Source of the DNA: Polyangiales bacterium
GTDB lineage: Bacteria; Myxococcota_A; Polyangia; Polyangiales; Ga0077539
Assembly: GCA_046351555.1 (NCBI GenBank)
Contig: JAXLYI010000013.1
Location: forward strand, 22,845-86,844
DNA: 64,000 nucleotides
Direction of reading: 5' to 3'
Of this stretch, positions 48,003-57,227 are shown one piece after another; the first letter of the stretch is position 1, and every line of letters starts with the position of its first letter. Position numbers and translations under genes: made by a program. The notes beneath the pieces were generated by a model. That model saw only the letters and a program-made list of their open reading frames with translations. It had not been told where the DNA came from and ran no database searches.

Positions 48003-50042
48003 TCACCGCGCCCCCCGCACCAGCGCGAGCCACGCGCCGAGGGCCCCGGGCGCGTCGCCCTCCGCGGCGAGCCTCCGGGCGCGCTCGGCCGGCGTGCGCG
48101 GCGCCGCCGCCACCGGCTTCGGGTCGAACGAGCGCATCGCGTGGCGCGTGTGCGGCCACACCTCGGGGCTCGCCACCGCGGCCATGGGCGAGAGCAGCAG
48201 GACGGCCACCGCGAGCGCCGCGCAGGCGTGGGCCACCTGCGCGACGGGCCTCCGCTCGTCGCCGCGGAGCACCAGCACCGCCATCGCGAGCGCGCCGAGC
48301 GCGAAGCCCCACATCGACGCGGGCGCCTCGACGCCGAGCGCGTGCCCCGCGTTGAAGGGCACGTAGCCCTCGCGCAGGAAGGGGACCACCATCTCGAAGA
48401 AGGCCGCGTGGTAGTGCTCGGGGAGGTGCGGGTACACCGCGGCGATGAGCCCGGTGGCGGCGAAGGCGCAGAGCGTCGCGCCGGCGGCGCTCACCGTGGC
48501 GGCGCGGCGGAGCGCGGGGGCGGCGGCCGCGAGCGCGTCGAGGCCCGCGAGCGCGAGGAGGCCGAGCGCGGGGATGAGCGTGGCGAGGTAGCGCGGGCCG
48601 ATCTGCCAGCCGCCGCGCCAGTTGTTCATCGAGCTGATGAGGAAGGTGAGCGACGCGACGACGAAGACGACGGCGGCGGCGAGCGGGCGCTCGCGGCGGA
48701 CGGGCGGGAGCGTCACGCTGGCGAGCGCGGCGACCGCGACGGCGAGCGCGACCAGGGCGCGGCCGACGTCGCGCGTGGCGAAATCAGCGGGCGCGGCGCG
48801 CATCGCGAGGCCGAGGCGGGCGAGCGTCCACGCGGCGCAGACGGCGAAGACGGCGCGGGCGGCGGCGGTGAGGGCCGCGGTGGGCGGGCGCCACGCGAGG
48901 AGGGCGCCGAGGCCGACGGGCGCGAGCGCGAGCACGAAGGTGCAGGGGACGAGCCCGTAGGCCGGGTCGAACCACAGGTGGATCGCGGCGCCCCACGAGA
49001 ACGACCCGGCGCCGTAGAAGCCCTGCGACACCTCGGAGCGGAAGGTCGAGTTCTCGAGGAAGCTGTAGCCCGTCTTGAGCGGGTGGCCGAACGCGCGCTG
49101 GTGGTAGAGGAAGGCGAACGCGAGCGGGAGCGCGCCGCCGGCGCCCGCGGCGAGGACGCGGGCGGGGCGGCCGGCGGCGAGGGACTGGGCGACGATCCAG
49201 GCCGCGACGGCGGCGGAGGCGAGCGCGGCGGGGTATTCGAACACCGCGCACGACGCGCCGAAGAGGCCGGCGAGCAAGGCGAGGCCGAGGCCCGGCGTGG
49301 GGCCGCGCGCGTCGCGCTCGCGCAGGGCGGTGAGGCACATCAGGGCCGCGGCGAAGGCGCAGGCGTTGTGCGCGTGGCTCGCGAAGGTGAGGCCGTAGGC
49401 GTACACCGACGAGCCCGCCATCGTGCTGAAGAACACCGCCTCCCGCGCCGTCGCCGAGCGCGTCCGCGCCCCGAGGAAGCGGTGCCACGCCCACGCGAAC
49501 GCGAGCAGCGGCAGGAGGCACGCGCTCAGGCGCATCGAGTACACCGCGAGCGCGCGGTCGATCGGCGGGCGCACCCTCGCGGCGCGCGGGTCGGCGGGGC
49601 GGGTGTCGCGGCCGGTGATCTTCGTGAGGAGCCAGTAGCCGGGCACGGCGAGGAGGCTCGCGCCGGGGGCCTTGCCGCTGTAGAGCAGGTGCGCGGTGAG
49701 GCGTCGGTCGGCGGCGGTGGCGCGGCCGGCGCGGAAGCGGGCGAGCACGTCGTCGGCGACCCCCGCGGCGCGCAACACGTCGTCGGAGATGTGGCGGCGC
49801 CCGATCGCCTCGGCGAGCGGGGTGTCGCGGACGGCCTTGTCGTTGGTGTAGCCCCAGAGGGCCTCGACGCGGTTGATGGCGAAGGTGCCGTCGTCGACGA
49901 CGGCGGCGGTCATGTAGACGCGGACGTTCTCGTTCGGGTTGCCGACCACCGCGTGGTACGGGAAGACCCAGAGGTAGAGCAGGGCGAGGACGGCGACGGA
50001 GACCGCGGTGGTCCAGCGGGAGACGGGGCGGGCGTCGTGCAT
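48003..50042 (-). CDS. Polytopic membrane protein, putative GT-C-type glycosyltransferase
   Basis: Run-on ORF 48003-52487 trimmed to the ATG at 50042 (MHDARPVSRW). It has more than 10 hydrophobic helices. The first loop contains an acidic motif (AVVDDG). Its ATG overlaps the upstream gene's TGA by 1 nt. Confidence 0.6.
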   Translation of the reverse strand: MHDARPVSRWTTAVSVAVLALLYLWVFPYHAVVGNPNENVRVYMTAAVVDDGTFAINRVEALWGYTNDKAVRDTPLAEAIGRRHISDDVLRAAGVADDVLARFRAGRATAADRRLTAHLLYSGKAPGASLLAVPGYWLLTKITGRDTRPADPRAARVRPPIDRALAVYSMRLSACLLPLLAFAWAWHRFLGARTRSATAREAVFFSTMAGSSVYAYGLTFASHAHNACAFAAALMCLTALRERDARGPTPGLGLALLAGLFGASCAVFEYPAALASAAVAAWIVAQSLAAGRPARVLAAGAGGALPLAFAFLYHQRAFGHPLKTGYSFLENSTFRSEVSQGFYGAGSFSWGAAIHLWFDPAYGLVPCTFVLALAPVGLGALLAWRPPTAALTAAARAVFAVCAAWTLARLGLAMRAAPADFATRDVGRALVALAVAVAALASVTLPPVRRERPLAAAVVFVVASLTFLISSMNNWRGGWQIGPRYLATLIPALGLLALAGLDALAAAAPALRRAATVSAAGATLCAFAATGLIAAVYPHLPEHYHAAFFEMVVPFLREGYVPFNAGHALGVEAPASMWGFALGALAMAVLVLRGDERRPVAQVAHACAALAVAVLLLSPMAAVASPEVWPHTRHAMRSFDPKPVAAAPRTPAERARRLAAEGDAPGALGAWLALVRGAR

Positions 50043-52444
50043 CAGGGGCTTGGGGCGCCAGGCTCCCCCGCGGCGGCGGCGGGCTCGGCGACGTGCGGGA
50101 GCGCGAGGGCGCTCAATGCATACACCACGACGCCGAGGGCGAGGGAGACGGTGAAGCCGACGTTCATCGCGAGGAGGACGGCGAGGACGGAGCCGATGAC
50201 GCTCGCGCCGCCGTTGAGGCCCCAGCCCCAGGCCACGATGGACGGCCCCATCCGCAGGGCCACGCGCACGCCCGTCGGGAGGAGCATCCCCATGAGGAGC
50301 CCGGGCGCCGCGATCAGCACCGCCGCGATCACGATGCGCACCGGCAGGGCGAGGCCGAGGAGCGCGTGGAACACCGGCGTCAGCACGAGCGCGTACACCG
50401 CCAGCACCGCCGCGAGCGCGCCGACGACGCGGCGCACGCCACCCTGTTCGCCGAAGCGGTCGGTGACGAGGCCGGAGAGCGCGCTGCCGGTGCCCGAGGC
50501 GCCGAGGAGGGTCGCGAGCACCACCGCGAGCGCGTAGGTGGGGTGGCCGAGGAAGAGGACGAACTTCTGCATGAAGCCCATCTCGACGAGGATGAAGCCG
50601 AGGCCGAGGCCGAGGAAGTAGCCGAGGACGCGGAGCTTGTCGCGCGCCCCCTCGCGGAAGGCCGCCCGCTGGAAGAGCGCGAGCGGGAAGATGACCAGCG
50701 CGAGGGTGAACACCGTCGACGCCGCGAGGAGGAAGAGGAGGACGAAGATCCCGAGGTTGTTGAGCGGGACGGAGGAGAGGTCGGTGACGAGGGCGCGGAG
50801 GTCCTTCGCGCGGAGGTTGTAGAAGAAGAAGGGGCGGTCGTCGGTGGTGGGGGCCGCGTCGTAGTCGAGGCGCGCGAGGAAGTCCCGGGCGACCGGCGCG
50901 CGGAGGAAGCCCGCGAGGAAGGCGTCCTCGCCGGGGCGCTCGCGGCCGGCGAGGAAGAGCACCTGGAGGGAGTCCTCGGCGGCCCGCTGCTCGACGGTGG
51001 CGAGGTCGGCGTCGGTGAAGGGGCGGTTGCTCACCAGCATCGCCGTGCGGAGGGCCCCGTCGGCGGCGATGACGACGTGCCTGCGGACGTCGTCGGGGCG
51101 CACGCCGCGGCGCTCGAGGGCCTCGCGGGCGAGCGCGAGGAGGCGGATGAACTCCCGCTGCGCGTTGGGCGCGTACCAGCGGGTGATCGCGACGAGCCCG
51201 CCGGGCCGCAGGTGCCCGAGGAACTCCTCCAGCGCCTCCACCGTGTAGAGGTTGTTCTCCGAGCACGAGAACGCGCCCGACGACGACGCGGCCCACGTGT
51301 CGACCAGGGTGGCCTGGACGGTGGCGAACTGCTCGGGCGCGCGGCGCACGTAGCTCCGGCCCTCGTCGACGACCACGTGGACCCGCGGGTTGCGGTAGAG
51401 GTCGCCGGAGTACTCCGCGAAGCGCCCGCGCACCACGTCGTTGACGATGATCGGGTTGACCTCGACGCCCACCACGCGGGGCGCGCCGGCGCGCAGGGCG
51501 GAGATGACGTCGGTGCCGCCGCCGGGGCCGATGATGAGCGCCGTCCCGTCGTGGCGGAGGGCGTAGGCGAGGGCGGCGACGCGCACCTCGGGGATGCGCA
51601 GCGGCGCGCGCCAGCCGTCGGCGGCGATGGTGCCCGACCAGAGGCGCGTGGCGGCGTCGGCGTCGATGAAGATCCAGTGGTTGTCGGGCTCGCCGGAGAC
51701 GCCGACGGTGATCTGGGAGAAGGAGTTCCACCGCTCGAAGAGCACCTCGCGCTCGCCGAGGAACTTCGACGGGTTGCGCGCGACGCCGAAGCGCCGGGCG
51801 CCGTTCTCCTGCGCGCCGAGGGCGGCGAGGACGACGGCCGCGACGAGCCCCGCGCCCGCGAGGGCCCGCACGGAGGCCTTCGCCCGGTCGGGCATCGAGA
51901 GCGCGAAGAGCGCCGCGCCTGCAGCACCAACCGCGGCCGCCACCAGGATCGCGCCGGGCGCGCCGAAGAGCGACGTGGCGGGGATCACGCAGAGGCACCC
52001 GACCGCGGCGCCGCCGAGGTCCCACGCGTACACGGTGCCGATGCGCTTGCCGGCCCCCGCGATGGCGAGCGAGAGCGAGAAGCCCGAGCACAGGAAGGCC
52101 GCGGCCGCCGAGACGTAGAGGAGCTTCAGCTTCCCCATGTCCTCCCGCCACTGGTAGAGCCGGATCGGGTTGTGCACCGCGGAATGCAGCGCGAACACCG
52201 CCGCCCCCGCGAAGAGGAGCCCGAACGCCGAGGCCCACAGCCCCGTCCGCTTCGTGTCGAACACCCGCGGCAGGAGCGAGATGCCCACGCCCGACACCGC
52301 GAGCCCGAGCATCGCCAGCGAGATGACCATGAACGCGAAGTGGTAATAGAGCGTCACGCTGTAGATGCGCGTGAGCAGCAGCTCGACGGCGATCGTCGCG
52401 AAGCTCACCAGCCCGACCGCCACCGGGAACAACCTGGGGTGCAT
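50042..52444 (-). CDS. Membrane-embedded spermidine-synthase-like (class I SAM-fold) protein
   Basis: Track ORF 50042-52771 trimmed to the ATG at 52444 (MHPRLFPVAVGLVSF). Multi-TM blocks at the N- and C-termini flank a soluble domain: LIIGPGGGTDV...VGVEVNPII...LYRNPRVHVVVDEGRSY. Confidence 0.75.
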   Translation of the reverse strand: MHPRLFPVAVGLVSFATIAVELLLTRIYSVTLYYHFAFMVISLAMLGLAVSGVGISLLPRVFDTKRTGLWASAFGLLFAGAAVFALHSAVHNPIRLYQWREDMGKLKLLYVSAAAAFLCSGFSLSLAIAGAGKRIGTVYAWDLGGAAVGCLCVIPATSLFGAPGAILVAAAVGAAGAALFALSMPDRAKASVRALAGAGLVAAVVLAALGAQENGARRFGVARNPSKFLGEREVLFERWNSFSQITVGVSGEPDNHWIFIDADAATRLWSGTIAADGWRAPLRIPEVRVAALAYALRHDGTALIIGPGGGTDVISALRAGAPRVVGVEVNPIIVNDVVRGRFAEYSGDLYRNPRVHVVVDEGRSYVRRAPEQFATVQATLVDTWAASSSGAFSCSENNLYTVEALEEFLGHLRPGGLVAITRWYAPNAQREFIRLLALAREALERRGVRPDDVRRHVVIAADGALRTAMLVSNRPFTDADLATVEQRAAEDSLQVLFLAGRERPGEDAFLAGFLRAPVARDFLARLDYDAAPTTDDRPFFFYNLRAKDLRALVTDLSSVPLNNLGIFVLLFLLAASTVFTLALVIFPLALFQRAAFREGARDKLRVLGYFLGLGLGFILVEMGFMQKFVLFLGHPTYALAVVLATLLGASGTGSALSGLVTDRFGEQGGVRRVVGALAAVLAVYALVLTPVFHALLGLALPVRIVIAAVLIAAPGLLMGMLLPTGVRVALRMGPSIVAWGWGLNGGASVIGSVLAVLLAMNVGFTVSLALGVVVYALSALALPHVAEPAAAAGEPGAPSP

Positions 52445-52541
52445 GGCGCGGGAATCTATCCGCTCCCCGCCTCGCGACGTGTCCCAAAAGTTGCCGGTCG
52501 GCCGGGGGCTCGGGTCAGAATCTCCCCGGTCGTTCCCCGCG

Positions 52542-54113
52542 ATGCCCCGACGTCTCCACCCCTTCGCCCTCGCGCTCCTGGCGGGCGGCTGCGCCTCGAC
52601 GCCCCCGTCCGATCCGCTCCTGCCGGGCGATCTCGTCGGCCTGCCTGCGCCGCTGCGCGACCCCGATCCACCGCCACCGCCACCGCCGCCCCCCATCGCG
52701 CCGATCGCACAGGCACCCGCGCCGCCGCCCGCGCCCACCCCGCCGTCCGCGCCGCCTGAGCCTCCGGGCATCCGCCTGGTGGCGACGTCGTTCGCGACGC
52801 CGGTGTACCCGCGCGCCTCCTCGCGCGACGATCACGTGGGCTACCTGCGCGCCGGCACCGAGGTCGACGCCGAGCGCGGGCCGCTCTCGGGTGCGGGCTG
52901 CGGCGAAGGCAGCGGCCGCGGCTGGTACGCGCTGCGCGGGGGCGGCTTCGTCTGCGTGGGCCGCGGCGCGGAGCTCGCCACGGAGGTCTCGCGCGCCGAC
53001 CGCCGGCGCTTCCCGACGCCCGTCCGCGACGCCGCGATGCCGGTCACGTACGCGGTGGTGTACGAGCCCACCGTCCTCTTCCGCCGCCTCCCGTCGGCCG
53101 ACGACGAGCGGACCTACGCGCCCACCCGCTTCGACGCCGTCCCCATTCCCCCGCCCGGCGCGCCCGAGCCCGTCCCCTCGCCCGCGATCGCGCCGCTGCG
53201 CGAGACGATGGAGACGCTCGCGGGCGACCCCAGCTCCCCCGTGCTCCGTCGCATGACGCGCGGGATGTTCGTCTCGCTCGACCGGCAGATCCGCTCCACC
53301 TCGCGCACGCCCTACTGGCGCACGCAGGGCGGCGGCTTCGTCCGGGCGGCCGCCGTGTCCACGGTGGGCGCGCGCGCCTGGGGCGGCGTCCACCTCGACG
53401 AGTCCCATGTGCTGCCGCTCGCGTTCACGGTGAGCTCGGAGTCGCAGCGCTTCCGGCAGGTCGACGGCGGCGCGTTCGTCGCGGACGGGCGCCTCCCACG
53501 GCTGGCAGCCTTCGCGCTCACCGCAGACGCCCCAGTCCCGTCGCGCGGGGACTTGTTCTACCGAACGCGCGAGGGCTTCTTCGTGCGCGGCCGACACTCG
53601 AGCGTGATCGAAGCGACGTCCCCGCCCGCCGGCCTCGCCCCGGGCGAACACTGGGTCGACGTCAACCTCGACCGCCAGGCCCTGGTGGCCTACGAGGGCG
53701 AGCGCCCGGTGTTCGCGACGGTGGTGTCGACGGGGCGGCGCGGCCGGGGTGAGGCCAACTTCGAGACGGTGCGCGGGGACTTCCGCGTCGAGGCCAAGCA
53801 CCGCACGACCACCATGGACGGCGACACCCCGAGCGGCGGCGTCTACTCGATCGAGGACGTGCCGTGGGTGATGTACTTCCACGGCTCCTACGCGCTGCAC
53901 GGGGCCTTCTGGCACGACGGCTTCGGGCGCCGGCACTCGCACGGCTGCGTCAACCTCTCGCCCCCCGACGCGCGCTGGCTCTTCGGGTGGACGGAGCCGC
54001 GCGTCCCCGACGGGTGGCACGGCGCCGTCGCCACCGCCGGGCGCCCGGGCACCCGCGTGATCGTGCACGACGACCGTCGAGACCCCGCCGAAGGCCCCGA
54101 GGGCGCCCGCTGA
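52542..54113 (+). CDS. L,D-transpeptidase (YkuD) domain lipoprotein
   Basis: Trimmed to the ATG at 52542. Lipobox: LLAGGC. It has a poly-Pro linker. YkuD catalytic motif: YALHGAFWHDGFGRRHSHGCVNLSPPDARWLF. Confidence 0.85.
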   Translation: MPRRLHPFALALLAGGCASTPPSDPLLPGDLVGLPAPLRDPDPPPPPPPPPIAPIAQAPAPPPAPTPPSAPPEPPGIRLVATSFATPVYPRASSRDDHVGYLRAGTEVDAERGPLSGAGCGEGSGRGWYALRGGGFVCVGRGAELATEVSRADRRRFPTPVRDAAMPVTYAVVYEPTVLFRRLPSADDERTYAPTRFDAVPIPPPGAPEPVPSPAIAPLRETMETLAGDPSSPVLRRMTRGMFVSLDRQIRSTSRTPYWRTQGGGFVRAAAVSTVGARAWGGVHLDESHVLPLAFTVSSESQRFRQVDGGAFVADGRLPRLAAFALTADAPVPSRGDLFYRTREGFFVRGRHSSVIEATSPPAGLAPGEHWVDVNLDRQALVAYEGERPVFATVVSTGRRGRGEANFETVRGDFRVEAKHRTTTMDGDTPSGGVYSIEDVPWVMYFHGSYALHGAFWHDGFGRRHSHGCVNLSPPDARWLFGWTEPRVPDGWHGAVATAGRPGTRVIVHDDRRDPAEGPEGAR

Positions 54114-54178
54114 ACGGCCATTCATTCGCCCCGCGGCGGTGGTAGTCTTCGCGCGGTTCAGGAGGACCCACGAAGGCC

Positions 54179-55348
54179 ATGCACACGCCCTACACCGAAG
54201 CCCACGACATGTTCCGCAAGACGGTGCGCAACTTCGCCGAGAAGGAGCTGCGCCCGGAGATGGAGAAGTGGGAGGAGGAGGAGATCTTCCCGCGCGAGGT
54301 CTTCCAGCGCGCGGGCGAGCTCGGCATCTTCGGCGCGCACTACCCCGAGGAGCACGGCGGCTCCGGCGGCGACTACTGGTTCTCGATCGCGAAGGCCGAG
54401 GAGCTGCCGCGCTCCGGCTCCGGCGGCGTGCCGATGGCCCTGCTCGTCCAGAGCGACATGGCCACGCCCGTCATCTCCGACCTCGGCACGAAGGAGCAGA
54501 TCGAGGAGTTTCTCAAGCCCGCCCTGCGCGGCGAGAAGATCGCGGCGCTCGGGGTCAGCGAGCCGGGCTGCGGCTCGGACGTGGCCGCGATGCGCACGTG
54601 GGCCCGCAAGGAGGGCGGCGACTACGTCATCAACGGGTCGAAGACCTTCATCACCAACGGGACGCGCGCGGACTTCATCACCCTGATGCTCAAGACCGAC
54701 CCGGCGGCGGGCCATGCGGGCATCTCGATCGTCACCTTCCCGACGGACGTCCGCGGCTTCCACGTGAGCAAGAAGCTCAAGAAGGTGGGCAACTGGTCGA
54801 GCGACACCGCCGAGCTCTTCTTCGAGGACTGCCGCATCCCCCAGCGCTACCTCCTCGGCCAGGAGGGCGAAGGCTTCCGCTACCTGATGCAGAACTTCCA
54901 GAGCGAGCGGCTGATCGGTTCGGCCTCGGCCATCTCCGGCGCGAAGCTCACGATGGAGGAGGCCATCGCGTACGGCGGCGACCGCCAGGCCTTCGGCAAG
55001 CCGATCATCAAGCGCGAGGTGTGGCAGCACAAGTGGGCCGACGTCGCGACGAAGATCGAGGCCGCCGAGGCGCTCGTCTACCGCGCCGCCGACCGCTACA
55101 ACCACGAGCGCTACGTCGCGAAGGAGGACGTCTCGTTCGAGACGACGAAGCTCATCTCGATGGCGAAAGTGTTCGTCGGCGACGTCGCGGGCGAGGCGGT
55201 GGACACGGCGCTCCAGTTTCACGGCGGCTGGGGCTACATCGAGGACTTCCGCGTCGGGCGCGCGTGGCGCGACCAGCGGCTCTTCCGCATCGGCGGCGGC
55301 ACCTCGGAGACGATGCGGTACTACATCGCCAAGCTGATGGGGCTGTGA
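54179..55348 (+). CDS. Acyl-CoA dehydrogenase
   Basis: 389-aa ORF. Motifs: GVSEPGCGSDVA, INGSKTFITNG, QFHGGWGYIEDF, IGGGTSETM. Confidence 0.92.
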   Translation: MHTPYTEAHDMFRKTVRNFAEKELRPEMEKWEEEEIFPREVFQRAGELGIFGAHYPEEHGGSGGDYWFSIAKAEELPRSGSGGVPMALLVQSDMATPVISDLGTKEQIEEFLKPALRGEKIAALGVSEPGCGSDVAAMRTWARKEGGDYVINGSKTFITNGTRADFITLMLKTDPAAGHAGISIVTFPTDVRGFHVSKKLKKVGNWSSDTAELFFEDCRIPQRYLLGQEGEGFRYLMQNFQSERLIGSASAISGAKLTMEEAIAYGGDRQAFGKPIIKREVWQHKWADVATKIEAAEALVYRAADRYNHERYVAKEDVSFETTKLISMAKVFVGDVAGEAVDTALQFHGGWGYIEDFRVGRAWRDQRLFRIGGGTSETMRYYIAKLMGL

Positions 55349-55352
55349 CCCC

Positions 55353-57086
55353 GTGAAGCTCCGGACGCGGCTCGCCCTGACGCTCCTCGTCTGCGGGCTC
55401 GTCCCCCTCCTCGGCGCCGGCGCCCTCGCCCGCGCCGCCCTGCGTTTCCGCTACGCCGAGCTCGAGGGCCCGCGCCGCGAGGCCGCCCTCGCCCGCGTCG
55501 AGCGCACCCTCGAGGGCCGCGCCCGCCGCACCCGCCAGATGCTCTCGCGCTTCTGCGCGCACGACTACCTCGTCGACCGCACGCTGCTCCAGTTGGAGAC
55601 CGGGCAGTTCAGCGACACCGCGCAGGCCGAGCTCGCGGCGGTTCTCCCCGAGGTGGCCCGCGCGATGGGGCTCGACGCGCTCGCGCTCGTCCGCGCCGAC
55701 GGGCTCGTGCTGGCGAGCGCCCACTACCCCGGCCAGGCCGGCTCCCGCGACCCTGCCGCGTACGACCGCGCGGCGCGGGCGGGCGACCGGGCGGGCTGGG
55801 TCCGCACGGTTCGGGTGCGCGAGGCTTCGGGCCCCACCGACCGACTCGTGCTGGAGGGCGGCTGCACGCGACGTCGCGGCGCGGCCGCGGTGGCGGTCTC
55901 GGGCGGCGAGGTGGTCGACGACGCGCTCCTGCGCGAGATCGCGGGCGACGACGACCTCGGCGTCCAGCTCGTCCGCGGCGACGCGGCGGGGCTCGCGGGC
56001 GGCGCGCGGCGGGTGCTGCCGCTGCGGGGCTTCGACGGCGCGCCGGTGGCCTCCGTGGTGCTCGAGGCTCGCGACGGCGCCCTCCGCGCGCTCCTCGCCG
56101 ACCTCGACCGTCTCACGCTGGTGAGCGCGCTCGCCGCGACGCTGGTCGCCCTCGCGCTCGCGGTGCTGCTCGCGCCCCGGCTCGCGCGGCCGATCCGCGA
56201 GGTGGCCGACGCCGCCGACCGAATCGCCGCGGGTGAGCGCAACGTGCAGATCGAGGTGACGGCCGACGGCGAGGTGGGACGTCTCGTGGCGGCCTTCAAC
56301 CGCATGACCCGCGAGCTGCGCGAGGCCGACACGCGCATCCGCCGCGCGGTGCGGGCGGCGGCGTGGCGCGACATCGCCCGCCAGATGGCCCACGAGATCA
56401 AGAACCCCCTCACGCCGATCCGCATGGCGGTGGAGATGCTGCGCAAGGCCCGCGAGCGCTCGCTCCCCGACTTCGACGAGCTCTTCGAAGAGGAGACGCG
56501 GATCGTGCTCGACGAGGTGGAGCGACTGCGACGTCTGGTGGAGGACTTCTCGCGCTTCGCCCGCGCGCCGAAGCCCCGGCCCGAGCCCCTCGCGCTCCCC
56601 GAGGTGGTGGCCCACGCGAGCGAGCTCCACGCGCGCGCCGGCGTCGCCGTGACCCACACGGTGGAGGGCGGCGCGGAGGGCTTCCCGCTGCTCCGCGCCG
56701 ACCGCGACCAGCTCACCCAGGTGCTGGTGAACCTCATCGCCAACGGCGCCCACGCCGCCGCCGAGCGCGCGGAGAAGGCCCCCGCGCGCGGCCCCGCGGA
56801 GGTGACGGTGACCGTGGCGCGGGCGGGCGACGGCTTCGCGAGCGTGACGGTGGCGGACAACGGCGGCGGCATCCCCGCCGAGGTGATGGAGCGTCTGTTC
56901 GAGCCCTACGTGACGACGAAGCAGGGCGGCACGGGCCTCGGGCTCGCGATCACCTACCGCATCGTGACCGACCACGGCGGGACGCTCACGGTCGACACCT
57001 CGCCCGCGGGGACTCGCTTCACCGCGCGGCTGCCGTTCGCGGGTCCCTCGTCGCTCGACACCGCCACCTCGCCCGAGACGGGGTGA
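55353..57086 (+). CDS. Sensor histidine kinase (periplasmic sensor - HAMP - HisKA - HATPase_c), NtrY-like
   Basis: 577-aa ORF with a GTG start. Two TM helices. HAMP: LARPIREVADAADRIAAG...LVAAFNRMTREL. H-box: MAHEIKNPLTPI. ATPase motifs: NLIANGAHA, DNGGGI, GTGLGLAI. Confidence 0.9.
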   Translation: MKLRTRLALTLLVCGLVPLLGAGALARAALRFRYAELEGPRREAALARVERTLEGRARRTRQMLSRFCAHDYLVDRTLLQLETGQFSDTAQAELAAVLPEVARAMGLDALALVRADGLVLASAHYPGQAGSRDPAAYDRAARAGDRAGWVRTVRVREASGPTDRLVLEGGCTRRRGAAAVAVSGGEVVDDALLREIAGDDDLGVQLVRGDAAGLAGGARRVLPLRGFDGAPVASVVLEARDGALRALLADLDRLTLVSALAATLVALALAVLLAPRLARPIREVADAADRIAAGERNVQIEVTADGEVGRLVAAFNRMTRELREADTRIRRAVRAAAWRDIARQMAHEIKNPLTPIRMAVEMLRKARERSLPDFDELFEEETRIVLDEVERLRRLVEDFSRFARAPKPRPEPLALPEVVAHASELHARAGVAVTHTVEGGAEGFPLLRADRDQLTQVLVNLIANGAHAAAERAEKAPARGPAEVTVTVARAGDGFASVTVADNGGGIPAEVMERLFEPYVTTKQGGTGLGLAITYRIVTDHGGTLTVDTSPAGTRFTARLPFAGPSSLDTATSPETG

Positions 57087-57227
57087 ACGCCCCTTTTCCG
57101 CGGCGGACGGGATATGTCTCCCCGGCGTTGCGCCGGACCGCCGCCGTGCGCAAGAATCCACGGCCCGGCAGTATCCCCCTGGACGGAGCGCTCGCCGGCG
57201 CCGTATCCCCTCCGCCGGAGTGAGCCG

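Noticed and set aside
57114-57227. The ATG at 57114 as the start of the AddB-like gene, as given in the ORF track.
   Set aside because: The first 38 codons contain many A/T-ending codons (TCT, CGT, GGA, GCA, AGA, GTA, TAT, AGT), unlike the rest of the gene. The segment also holds a phased direct repeat that looks regulatory. I prefer the TTG at 57228, but this remains uncertain.
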